Assembly (NCBI GenBank): GCA_004764695.1
Contig: SMSO01000033.1
Location: 1,736,001 to 1,800,000 of the forward strand
DNA: 64,000 nt
Reading direction: 5' to 3'
DNA from: Schizochytrium sp. TIO01
Taxonomy: Eukaryota > Protista > Bigyra: Labyrinthulomycetes
Positions 23,493-33,626 of the stretch are shown here, piece after piece (position 1 is the stretch's first letter; the number at the start of each line of letters is the position of its first letter). The notes beneath the pieces are model-generated. The model was not told the origin of the DNA and made no database searches. It worked only from the letters and a program-made list of their open reading frames with translations. The position numbers were made by a program, and so were the translations under genes.

Positions 23493-24364
23493 TCTGATTG
23501 CCAGTGATGAGGCACGGAGGTGAGGCGACGAGAATATTGAGGGGCAAGCTAAAAGTTCAACAATGACGACAAAACTGTACCTGGCTTAGCACGCACAACT
23601 TTCTTGCACACTAGTTTTCGGCTGATCCCCAAGGCAATCACCAGATTGATGTATATCCGCTCACTACTACCACGTCTCTGGTTCTGCTCACCAACGTCTA
23701 TCTTTAGATGGCCACCGCTGCTCTCGTCGGATTCGGAGAGGCGAGTCCTCTGCGTCTGCAATGCTTAGAGAAGTATTGTGAGCAAGTGAGCGAGTCTGCC
23801 TGGTAACTTTATCTTCCACTTTAAGTGAGTTCTCGTTCGCACTACAGAACCCTTTCAAGCAAATACCAATAGACAAATAATTATTCTTTTACCTTTCCTA
23901 CGCTCCTTTGTTGCAATTTTTCCAATCTGCTTCACAGCATCTTGTAATATCATATGTACCCAGTAATCCTAAACGTAAAAACTAACAGCTTTCAGAAGCT
24001 ATCTAGAATACTAACAAGTGCAAAGGAGATACGCAGAAATAGAACTTCTTCGCTTTCGTTTTTCAACTATGTTCCTCTTAGACAATCAAGATCCACCGCT
24101 CCTTTAACCCATCAACTCATCAAGACCACCTCAAGTACACACCACTCCACACGAACGGATCTCTTTTCGCCAAAGCAAGCCTAAGGGGTTACTCTGCAGG
24201 CACACATGTATCTCTCCTCCTATTCAGCGCTAGTGGCGGGCATTTCCTTCTCCAGGTTTATATACCATAAACGATTTTTCCGAACTTACAGAATAACCCC
24301 ATAACACAGTATATATATGGAGGATAAGTTTAGCCGAAAGCCCGGTAGTGGTGGGTGGGCTGCA

Positions 24365-24468
24365 TAATGTAAACACTGGCAGGTGTAATGTAAACACTGG
24401 GGCGCTGCAGGGCAGCGGAGCTATTGTAAACATGATAGAGCATTAATATGGCTATAGTGTTTACAATA
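24365..24468. promoter_or_regulatory. Cluster of four TGTAAACA sites (two 15-bp direct repeats plus an inverted pair)
   Basis: taatgtaaacactgg at 24365 and 24386; tattgtaaaca at 24422 is inverted with tgtttacaata ending at 24468. Function is inferred only. Confidence 0.4.
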
Positions 24469-25064
24469 CAGCCTGGCTGCGACGCGGGTTTTTTCAAAAA
24501 GACGGAGGCGCAGCAGAGCAGGAGCCATCCATCGGAGACGCAGCAAGTCGCGGTACGTGATGCGCGGCGCCGCCCAGGCCCGCCGCAAGGCCCTTCTGCA
24601 GGCCTTCATGCCCGGAACCCTGCCCCCCTCTGCCTCCTCCGCCCGCCGCCCCGCCTGTGTCGCCTGGCGGCCCATCCATGCATGCGAAATCCGCCAAAGA
24701 TCGGCGGGCCGCAGGATCCCGCCTCCCGGCCTTCCGCCGCCGCCTGTGTCGCCTCGCGCCGCTTAGCAGCCTCCGAGGACTCTGCGCGGGGAGCGGCAAG
24801 CGAGGCGTGTCTTCCCTCCGTCTCCTCGCCCGCGCCTCCCGCGCCTCGCTCGAGCCCTTCTCCACGTCGCGGCGTGCGAGCAGCGGCTTCGCTCGAGGCG
24901 GGACTCCTACGGTTTGCGCTAGCTGGCGCTAGGATCGCGCGGTCTGTATCTGTTTCTCTCTCTGTGCTGCTTTGCCCCCGGCGCGCCGAGTGTTAGGGTT
25001 TAGCATAGGAGGCGGCCTAATGGGAGGAGGTTGTTCTTGCTTTGTGGAGGAGTGCAATATGTGC

Positions 25065-25306
25065 TGTTTGTTTGTTTGCTTGCTTGTTTGTTTGTTTGTT
25101 TGTTGAGGTCTTTTGGGGTCGTCTGCTTTTTCGTTCGCTGGGCTGGCTGGGGAGAATTCGCTTTCGGTTTTATCTTGGTGGAGGTAGCTCTTGGGCTCTC
25201 CCCGTGTCTGTGCACGGATGGATTGATGGAGTGATGATGGTGATCTTGGGGTCTCTCTGTAGTATCTATCTATCTATCTATCTATCTATCTGTCTATCTA
25301 TCTATG
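25065..25306. repeat. (GTTT)n and (CTAT)n microsatellites
   Basis: tgtttgtttgtttg... at about 25065-25103 and tatctatctatc... at about 25264-25306. Confidence 0.85.
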
Positions 25307-26455
25307 TAGGCGGCGGTGTTCCTTTTCTCGTTCTTTCGTTGAGGTTTGTTCTTTCCTGTTCGTTCTTTGTTTCTTTCTTTCTTTCTTCTCTTTTCTTCGC
25401 CTGTTCATTCACTTTGGTTTGGTTGTGTTCTTTTCTTTCTCTTTCTGCCTCTGTTTTCTATGGGCTAAGCAGGGCATAGTAGTTAGTAGAGACGTATAGG
25501 GATGCGCTAGGACCTACTAGGGCGCTGCGGCGACTGCTGATGAAGCGTGAATAAGGGAAGAAATGAATGTAAATGAATGAGTGAATGGGAATGTAATGGA
25601 TGAAGGAAGTAGAGAATAATGAGATCAAGCTAGGGCAGACTCGGATCGAGCGAGAGATAGATTGATTGACGGCTGGCTGTCTAGAGGTTCGTTGCACTTA
25701 GTTTGAGGGGACAGCATCTGCATGACTCTGGCGCTGGACTCTGGTGCTGCCAGAGGCGACGAGCGTTTGTGGAGACAATGCTGGGAGCGAGAGAGCAACG
25801 AATGAAGGAGTTAATTAGGTGTTATTTACTTAGTTAGCTCTTGCATTGTTTAGGATGGGAGGCGCTCTACTGAAGCGGATAGCGATGAGCGAAGCGAGCG
25901 AGCGATTCAGCAGATTTGATTCGTTTGATCGGAAAGTGGCTGAGAAGCACTACTGTGGTGTACTCGCTTCCTCGGGATTGAAGTGGAGGGTTCGCGGACG
26001 GCAACGATAGTGGCCTAGTAGAAACACACCAGGGTGTTTGCTGGTACGAGCGTTTGGGCGTTTGCGAATTGAGATCAACGAAAACCAAAGAAGAGGGCCA
26101 AGATAAACAAATAAGCCATTGCAGCAACAATAAAACACAAATAATGAAAAGCAGATATAGACGGTTCGCAGGATAAGGCAATGACGGGTGGAAGGTTCTC
26201 GCGATATAAAGCAGGACCAGGAGTGGGAAAACGATGAATTTGAAGAGGAAGCTGGAATGACTAACTTTTTGGAATATTTTCTTTGCATGACTTTGGAATG
26301 AAATCTTAATCTGACGCTTCTGGTATGATGATGATTTTTGTGGTGTGTTTAAATAACTGGCGATAACTTAACAATGCTCGGTCATCCATTCTCGTTACAT
26401 CATGCCGGTTCACTTATCAATAATTAGGAGGGTAGCTAGACCCTACTTTTGAATA

Positions 26456-27895
26456 ATGCTTACCGTAAACGCCGGCCGTCAGGCCGCCCGCAAGGTCCTG
26501 GGCATGCAGGTTCGCGGCCTCGCTAGCCAGCCCAGCCTTGACGTCGAGTTCCCGGGTATGCCCGAGCTCACCCCGGCCAGCAACAAGTCCAAGCCGGAGA
26601 CCAAGGTGACCACCCTCCCCAACGGCCTTCGCGTCGCCTCCGAGGAGAACTACGGCCAGGTGACCGCTCTCGGCATGTTCGTTGACGCCGGTTCCCGCTA
26701 CGAGACTGACGCCAACAACGGTATCAGCCACCTCATGGAGCACATGGCCTTCAAGAGCACTGAGAACCGCTCCCACCTCCGTCTTGTCCGCGACATCGAG
26801 GACATCGGTGGCCAGATGGCAGCTGCCTCTGCCCGTGAGTTCATGATCTTCCAGGGTGAGTGCCTCCGCGAGTACGTCGAGAAGGCCGTGGATATCCTCG
26901 CTGACACCATTGTGCGCCCCAAGCTTGCCCCCTGGGACATCGATGAGCAGCGCAAGGTCATTGGCTACGACCTCGAGAACATGGAGGCCAACGCCCAGTC
27001 CGTGCTCACTGAGCTCCTCCACGGTGCCGCCTACGGCGAGCAGAGCCCCCTCGGCCGCTCCCTCTGGTGCCCTGCTCGCAACCTCAACAAGCTTGGTGAG
27101 GACGAGCTCCGTGCCTACCTCCAGAGCCACTTCACTGCTCCCCGCATGGTTCTCAGCGCCGCCGGTGTTGAGCACGACCGCCTCGTCGACCTCGCCAGCA
27201 AGTACTTCGAGGACCTCCCCACCCAGCCCGCCAACGGTGTTGCTCCCGTCACCGAGACCGCCAAGTACATTGGTGGCGAGCGCCGCATGACCGCCGACTC
27301 TCCTCTCACCCACGTCACCCTCGTCTTCGACGCTGGTGGCTGGAAGTCCGACGACCTCGTCGACGTGTGCACTCTGCACATGCTCCTCGGTGGTGGTGGC
27401 TCCTTCTCCGCCGGTGGCCCGGGCAAGGGCATGTACTCTCGCCTCTACACCAACGTGCTCATCAAGCACCAGTGGGTCGACTCCGCCACTGCCTTCAACT
27501 GCATGTACAACGATGGTGGCCTTTTGGGTATTTACGGTACCTGCGCACCACAGGATGCTGGCCGTCTTGTTGACGTCATGGCCGGTGAGCTCCTCGATGC
27601 CGCCAGCAAGGCGCCGTCGGCCGAGGAGACTCAGCGCGCCAAGAACCAGCTCAAGTCCTCTGTTCTCATGAAGCTCGAGTCAAGACAGGTTCTCTTCGAG
27701 GACATCGGCCGCCAGATCCTCACCTACGGCAAGCACGAGTCCGCCGCCGAGCTCTGCGCTCGCATCGACGCCGTCACCCCCGAGAGCCTCCAGAAGGCCG
27801 CCCAGAAGTGCCTCAAGTCCGCCGCTACCATTGCCAGCTTTGGTGATGTTTCCGCCGTGCCGAGCTACGATGCTGTCGCCAATAAGTTCAAGTAA
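26456..27895 (+). CDS. PMPCA: Mitochondrial processing peptidase alpha subunit (M16B)
   Basis: Mitochondrial presequence with an R-3-like RGL/AS site; TTLPNGLRVASE; alpha-specific glycine-rich loop LGGGGSFSAGGPGKGMYSRLY; EDIGRQIL; strong C-ending codon bias. Confidence 0.95.
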   Translation: MLTVNAGRQAARKVLGMQVRGLASQPSLDVEFPGMPELTPASNKSKPETKVTTLPNGLRVASEENYGQVTALGMFVDAGSRYETDANNGISHLMEHMAFKSTENRSHLRLVRDIEDIGGQMAAASAREFMIFQGECLREYVEKAVDILADTIVRPKLAPWDIDEQRKVIGYDLENMEANAQSVLTELLHGAAYGEQSPLGRSLWCPARNLNKLGEDELRAYLQSHFTAPRMVLSAAGVEHDRLVDLASKYFEDLPTQPANGVAPVTETAKYIGGERRMTADSPLTHVTLVFDAGGWKSDDLVDVCTLHMLLGGGGSFSAGGPGKGMYSRLYTNVLIKHQWVDSATAFNCMYNDGGLLGIYGTCAPQDAGRLVDVMAGELLDAASKAPSAEETQRAKNQLKSSVLMKLESRQVLFEDIGRQILTYGKHESAAELCARIDAVTPESLQKAAQKCLKSAATIASFGDVSAVPSYDAVANKFK

Positions 27896-28451
27896 AAACA
27901 ACACACAAAGGGTAAAATTGGTCCTGGTGATTCTCCACGTCTTTTAGTCTCTTTCTTCTTTCCCTTCTTTTATTCCTTTCCCATTCTGCATTCTTCCCCC
28001 ACTCCTTCTCCTGCCTCCTTTCGCGATCAAATTTCCGATTAGCTTGCCTTCTCACTTGTTCACAATTTTTCCTGACATTTTGTTCTTTTCCCAGCCTCCC
28101 TTGACAGTCAGATTTGCTAATTGCTTCCCCTTCCCCCCCCCCTATGTGGTTTACTCCAATCGTTGGTGAAAGGATAGAAATAACAGCAGATTGATTGTTT
28201 TGGGGTCTTCAGCTTGCATCATGTGTATTCAGGTACTGATGATTTACAAGAGTCGCAGCTCAGTTCTTATGACAAGACCAATACCATGGAGATCGCCTGC
28301 CCTTAATTCTATTTGGATTCCAATTCTACATGAAAAAAAATATGTGATCTTCTTCATCCCTTTTCATATACTTGCCAGGCACCAATTTAAATATTCTCGC
28401 TTGCCTTTTGCTCTTTGATTTTAACACTCAATATCTATGTATCGTCTCAGT

Positions 28452-28750
28452 GACATCAGTTAATACTAAGCACTCGATTAGTTCTTTTCATTGTCTGTTT
28501 CATATGATTTCCCTCAAACTGCAGGTTGTGAAAGTAAAGTTGCTTTCATTCTTTCAAGGGCTATTTAATAAATGCAGCTCTTAGTTATACATTGAATTAT
28601 TATTCGGGTAAATTCTCGCAGAAAACCATAATTACTGAGACCACACGTTACCTTTGTGGTCCAAGTGTGCATCAAATCAAATGAGCTCCCCGAGGGGGAT
28701 GAAGCAGACAATGAAAAGAACTGATTGAGTGTTTGGTATTAACTGATGTC
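28452..28750 (+). repeat. 52-bp imperfect inverted repeat (arms 28452-28503 and 28699-28750); candidate hairpin RNA
   Basis: The arms match at 47 of 52 positions, and all 5 differences form G-U pairs in a + strand transcript. Confidence 0.9.
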
Positions 28751-29360
28751 TCTTTCAAGATGTCCAAGATAAATGATACTGGCAACTTAAAAATGCAAGT
28801 AAATGTAGTCAGCTTATGAAGGAAATAACTCAAGAGCAATCTATTTGATTTAGTCGAGAGGTGTGGGGAAAATGGAGGTTCAATTTCAAAATCTTGACGC
28901 ATTATCAAGTTATGAACATGCTTAAGAAAAACTTGACCTTGAACTTTTGGGCATGCCATCGCAATAAAAATAGTCGCGAACACTGTGCTGCTGGTAAAAG
29001 GCGAAAGTGGCATTCTTCGGTTTTGAATTAAACAGGTATAGGTCCCGTCATCAATGAGCGGTGCGTTGGCAAAGAGCAACTCCAGTGAGAAACCTCGACG
29101 AGGATCTGATTCCGCGACGAAAACAAGGTCAGCTATCAGTTGTTAACCATTTAGAGTAGCGATACTTTAAAGGAGAGCATGCAAACTTGGCATACTAAAA
29201 GAGAGAGGAAGATACAACGAAGTAGTAGCAGATTTCACTAGAGATAGAAAAAACATCATTTTCATCATGGGCAGCAGGCAATACAGCGTATGCAAAAGAG
29301 AATGCAGAAAAACAAGGAATATAGTGGTGGTGTGTAAGTGCGTAAGGAATTGTGTTTTCA

Positions 29361-30965
29361 TCAGTTGGTCCGCATCTGCTCCTGGAGGAACTGGTCCACA
29401 GCAGTCGTGTAAAGCTGCTGGCTAACCCGCTTCCAGCGTGCAGACTCTTGTGCATCATCGGTTGAAGATTTATCGACCTTTCTTTTCTTGTTGGTTTCCT
29501 GAGAGATAGCCGCATCTAGGTTTACATCGTCCGCAGTGCTCAAGTTAATCACAACGGGCGGCTTGTTGGAGGCGTTGGGGCCGTCAAAGAGGTCGGCCGT
29601 TTGGCTCTTGTCAGAAGACTTGATGCTGGCGGCGTCGCTAACGTTTGCAGTGCGCAGATTAGAGGTACGGAACTGCACCACAGCAGAACCACTTCCCTCC
29701 GATCCTGGCGGGGCCTGGTATCGCAGAAGCGGGCGCACAGGGGGAACTGACGCCGTCTTGGCTGTTGCGGCCGTTTTTAATACGTTGGCACCATGGCCTC
29801 GGGCAATCTCTGCAGGCATGGGCATACACAGAAGCGACACGATGGGCTTAGTCGCCTCATTCATACGCACAACCTTGAGTGCTTGTCCGGAGAGAGTGTC
29901 CCAGAGTCTACATGTGCCATCAAGAGATCCTGAAACTAGAAGAGCCCCAGAGGTGGAGATCTCTAAGCATGACACTGGTGCCTGGTGTCCTTCGAGTGTA
30001 CGAAACGCCGATGCTGTGTTTTTCGAGCTCACTACAGACCTGGAGCTTGTTGCAGAGGGTACTTGCATGAGCATCTCGTCCTCACGTGCGCCTTGTCTGA
30101 GTGAAACCTCATAGATCTTGCCATCTTCAGATCCTGCAAACGCCATTGTCTCGAGCTTGTCTGCCGTGACGCACCTGAGTGCTGCCGGGAGCACAAAATT
30201 CTTCACCAACGCTGGCCCCTTAGATCCCCTCGGCGGCACGATCCACGCCTTCACAGAGTGATCTTCAGATGCAGACAACATGCGGCAGTTAGCTCCAAGG
30301 TGTCCTGCCCACAGGGCGGTAATCGGCAGCGAGTGTTCTGAGAAAGTAAAAACCGCCCTCGGGGACGTGCTCCTCGCATCCACAAGGTCGCCAAGGTCCC
30401 ACACATGCGCGATCGCATCCTTACCGGCAGTCACGAGGTGCGAGTCTCCCTCAAGGAATCGAAGAGCAGACACACCACGGTAGTGTGCCTTCCAAACCCT
30501 TAAGAGCGCGCCAGAGCAAGTCTCCCACAAATAGCATGTACCACTCTCGCCGCCGCCGACGAGGTAGTCTCCACCAATAGAGGCGCTGATCGCGGAGACC
30601 TTCTCGGGTGTAGTGCAAACAAGGGCAGGTTCTTCTTTGCGCCAGTTCCACAGCTTGATGGTGTTTTTTTTATCCTGGATGGCGGCCACCAGATCACCTC
30701 CTGCGCCGTTAATGCCTGCGTCGCGGCGGACTAAAGCCAGGCCATTCGCGACGCATGCAGATTCACGAAGAGCGGCAATCTGAGTGCCAGAAGGGCGCAT
30801 TGCGAAGACACCAAGACCAAGACGGCCTGATGAAATTGAGGATGAGGTAGGTGCAGAGGGGCCATTGCTACCGTCAGCACCGTCAACCCCAACGATGGAG
30901 GATGAGCGGGATGCAGAGCCACCTCCACAGGCCGCCACGAAGACAAGTTCCTCGCGGTCTGTCAT
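29361..30965 (-). CDS. WDR18: WD repeat protein 18 / Ipi3 (Rix1 complex, pre-60S processing)
   Basis: WD40 repeats with WDR18/IPI3-like GGGESGTCYLWETCSGALLRVWKAHYRGVSAL and FSEHSLPITAL, plus a C-terminal helix (RWKRVSQQLY). Confidence 0.85.
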   Translation of the reverse strand: MTDREELVFVAACGGGSASRSSSIVGVDGADGSNGPSAPTSSSISSGRLGLGVFAMRPSGTQIAALRESACVANGLALVRRDAGINGAGGDLVAAIQDKKNTIKLWNWRKEEPALVCTTPEKVSAISASIGGDYLVGGGESGTCYLWETCSGALLRVWKAHYRGVSALRFLEGDSHLVTAGKDAIAHVWDLGDLVDARSTSPRAVFTFSEHSLPITALWAGHLGANCRMLSASEDHSVKAWIVPPRGSKGPALVKNFVLPAALRCVTADKLETMAFAGSEDGKIYEVSLRQGAREDEMLMQVPSATSSRSVVSSKNTASAFRTLEGHQAPVSCLEISTSGALLVSGSLDGTCRLWDTLSGQALKVVRMNEATKPIVSLLCMPMPAEIARGHGANVLKTAATAKTASVPPVRPLLRYQAPPGSEGSGSAVVQFRTSNLRTANVSDAASIKSSDKSQTADLFDGPNASNKPPVVINLSTADDVNLDAAISQETNKKRKVDKSSTDDAQESARWKRVSQQLYTTAVDQFLQEQMRTN

Positions 30966-31040
30966 GGCGAAGTGAGCTGTAAAGAACTACTCTTTGGGCA
31001 AGATTACAGCCTGCCTCGCAGACTGTCTAATGCTTGCTTC

Positions 31041-31080
31041 GCCTTGGTTTGCCTTGGCTTGCCTTGGCCTGCCTTGGCGT
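31041..31080. repeat. 4 x 10-bp tandem repeat GCCTTGGNNT just upstream of WDR18
   Basis: gccttggttt gccttggctt gccttggcct gccttggcgt. Confidence 0.85.
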
Positions 31081-31708
31081 GGTCGCAGATCAGATGCTTT
31101 GCTTTGCTTTTGCCAAGTATTTGTTTGGTTCTGCGACGCTCTCTTTAATCTATAGAGACTACACGCGTAAGTAGATTATAAACTATTCTGCACTTGTGTA
31201 AATTAAGAAAATATAGATTATACCATGAAGTATATTATAGACTATAGCCCCTCTTTGCTTTGGTGGCGGTGGGGCTTTGAGCGCAACGCAAGTTTGATCA
31301 ATTTGGGTTGCGCTGAGTAGAAATTGTGTTGAAAATGCGGAGCATGAAGAGGCTGGCGCCTTCTGAGATTTTAGATTTGTAGGCCTTAAGTCATTGCGGA
31401 GTTTGTATCAGAGAAAGCTTTAGGGGCGGACACGGACGACGATATTTCGTTATTGCTTTATAAGAGAACAGGCAAACCAGGAAAAGACGACATTATTTCA
31501 TAGTTTCTACTTTACTCCTAAAGGTTGCAAGAATGGGTTGCGCTGACGGTGGTATAACTTGAACTTGAAAGATTATTGTGAGTCAAACACGAAAGGGAAT
31601 ACGAAAGACGCAGCATGCCAAGTAGCTGCGCGAGAAGTCCTGGGCGAGGTGAACATCTCTAGAGCCGAGGAGCGGTCGACCATTGATCAGTATTGGCATT
31701 GGGATGCG

Positions 31709-33028
31709 ATGAAGGCGGCAGTGGTCTGCACGATCGCGCTGCCGTTAGACGATGACAACGATGAGGCTGGTGCTGGAGTACATCTAGCTGAGGCGGCAAA
31801 GAAGGTGTTAACGAGCTTTCTAAGGCACTACCAAAAATTAGGATTTGGTCGAATATTCGTATTCTTTGACCAGCTCGAAGTATGTGAAAATCATAGCTTG
31901 ATTCTTTTGTGTAAGGCAGTATCGGTGCCTGAAGATGGCTTTTACGTGCACTGTTTCCGGCGTGGCGACAGAGAGATTCTCAGAGACCAGCAGCATGTCT
32001 GTACCCTATACAAGGCATTGGCAACACCCGGGGGGGCTCAAGACGGCGGAGAGCTTGCTGAAAATGACGTGCCAAGCAGGCAGCGGATTAACGTTGAATA
32101 CGCGCTGTATTTGGCCTCTCAAAAGACAGAATTCGCAGCGAAATGGATCCTTCACGTCGATCTTGACGAACTCTTTGTACTACCAGACGGTATTGATCTT
32201 TCAGAGCATCTGCTTCAACTTGAAGAGAGATCAATTGGGGCCTGTAAATATGTCAACCATGAAGGTGTACCAGAGCAAGATCACATTGAGAATTTCCTGG
32301 AAGATATTTCACTGTTCAAAATGAACCACCTCATTCTCCCAATGCGCGCTGATGTAGGCCTCGCCATGAAAGCGTGGGCAAATCGCACAGATTATGGACA
32401 ATACTTTTTGGCTTATGATAATGGAAAATCAATGGTCCGAGCGTTACCTGGGATCTTACCCATCTCGGTTCACTCCTTCTCGGTGCCTGCATATTACAAC
32501 CTACGGCAGGTTTCCAACTTTCGTGATCTGCGCGACGCTTCGCATGAGTTTGACAAGGACATTGCATCTGACTATAGCATTTTACATTTTCCTGTAGGTG
32601 GCCTTGAATGGCTTGAGTGGAAGTACCATCAGCTTGGCGATTTCCAAGAGTCCTGGCGGGTCAACTCCGAATGCAGTGTACCGATTGCGCCATGCTTTCA
32701 CCTCTCGTGTAAAAGGAGTATGGCTTCATGCGGGCATCTTCAAGATATTTTCAAAAGTCAAGCTAAGGCACTTGATGATGTAGAAGCGCAGCTCGCGGTT
32801 GGCGTTTGTTTTCGGGTCAACAATATTTCCACACAAGAAAAAGAGACAGGAGGATCAGTAGAGATTGCTTGTGATGAATTTCATCAGAAACAAAAGAGCT
32901 GCGCTACGGATAAGACCCTACAAGAGCAAGGAAATATGATTACCTCTGCTCGAGAGAATGAAGTAGAGGCCCACCTTTCTTATGACAAGGCCTGGCTCTT
33001 GAACAACATTGCACGAGACTTCCTCTGA
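31709..33028 (+). CDS. GT-A fold glycosyltransferase-like protein (GT2/GT92-related; resembles plant KOBITO1/ELD1)
   Basis: FLRHYQKLGFGRIFVFFD, RQRINV, WILHVDLDELF (DxDE), NHEGVPE, LFKMN, YFLAYDNGKSMVR, ILHF. First ATG is at 31709; the ORF track starts at a TTG at 31559. Confidence 0.8.
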   Translation: MKAAVVCTIALPLDDDNDEAGAGVHLAEAAKKVLTSFLRHYQKLGFGRIFVFFDQLEVCENHSLILLCKAVSVPEDGFYVHCFRRGDREILRDQQHVCTLYKALATPGGAQDGGELAENDVPSRQRINVEYALYLASQKTEFAAKWILHVDLDELFVLPDGIDLSEHLLQLEERSIGACKYVNHEGVPEQDHIENFLEDISLFKMNHLILPMRADVGLAMKAWANRTDYGQYFLAYDNGKSMVRALPGILPISVHSFSVPAYYNLRQVSNFRDLRDASHEFDKDIASDYSILHFPVGGLEWLEWKYHQLGDFQESWRVNSECSVPIAPCFHLSCKRSMASCGHLQDIFKSQAKALDDVEAQLAVGVCFRVNNISTQEKETGGSVEIACDEFHQKQKSCATDKTLQEQGNMITSARENEVEAHLSYDKAWLLNNIARDFL

Positions 33029-33626
33029 ATATGAACTACCCCTGATCTATATCTTTCTGCCGCCTGCTGATTTGCCGTTGTATTTCGAAAAACATCTGCA
33101 AGTTTAGTTTTGCAAGAATGAAAATAAAAATCATTTAGAATCTGTGTTTACAATGCAAGTTTTGTATATATTATTTCGGTCTCTAAAACTCAAGGCATAC
33201 AGTTTAGCAAGGTTCATAAAATCCGGATATGTGAAACAACAAGTATTACTATGTATATATTTAAAAATGAGGTGTAATTTCGAAAAGACAATCAAGAACA
33301 TTGTAAACAGGTTTTAGATACTCTACAGGTGTGATTTGTTCTATACAGGAAGGAAGGATACACAAAGGTTCTAGCTAAATGGTTTTCGCTTGTTGCAGGT
33401 CCCCTCTCTTCTTCATATTTACAGAGAGGCATAGTGCAACTATACAATGCGGTACCACTTTGTCGTTTGGTTTGTTGTGGTTGTCTGTCTCATGTGGTGT
33501 TGAGAACTTCTACTTGTCCGCGGCCGTGCTAACATATACAAAACGCAGGCCGTCAGATGTACTAACTTTGAATTTTGCCTTGGGCAGCGGTCGTCGCAGC
33601 TCCTAAAAAGAGATCCCAATCTCTCT

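Noticed and set aside
24421-24996. Several 70-180 aa ORFs in the GC-rich island
   Set aside because: Open frames on both strands are expected at this GC content, and the peptides are A/R/P/G-rich with no domain.
26417-27469. 350-aa antisense ORF over MPP-alpha
   Set aside because: Shadow ORF caused by the strong codon bias of the sense gene; no domain features.
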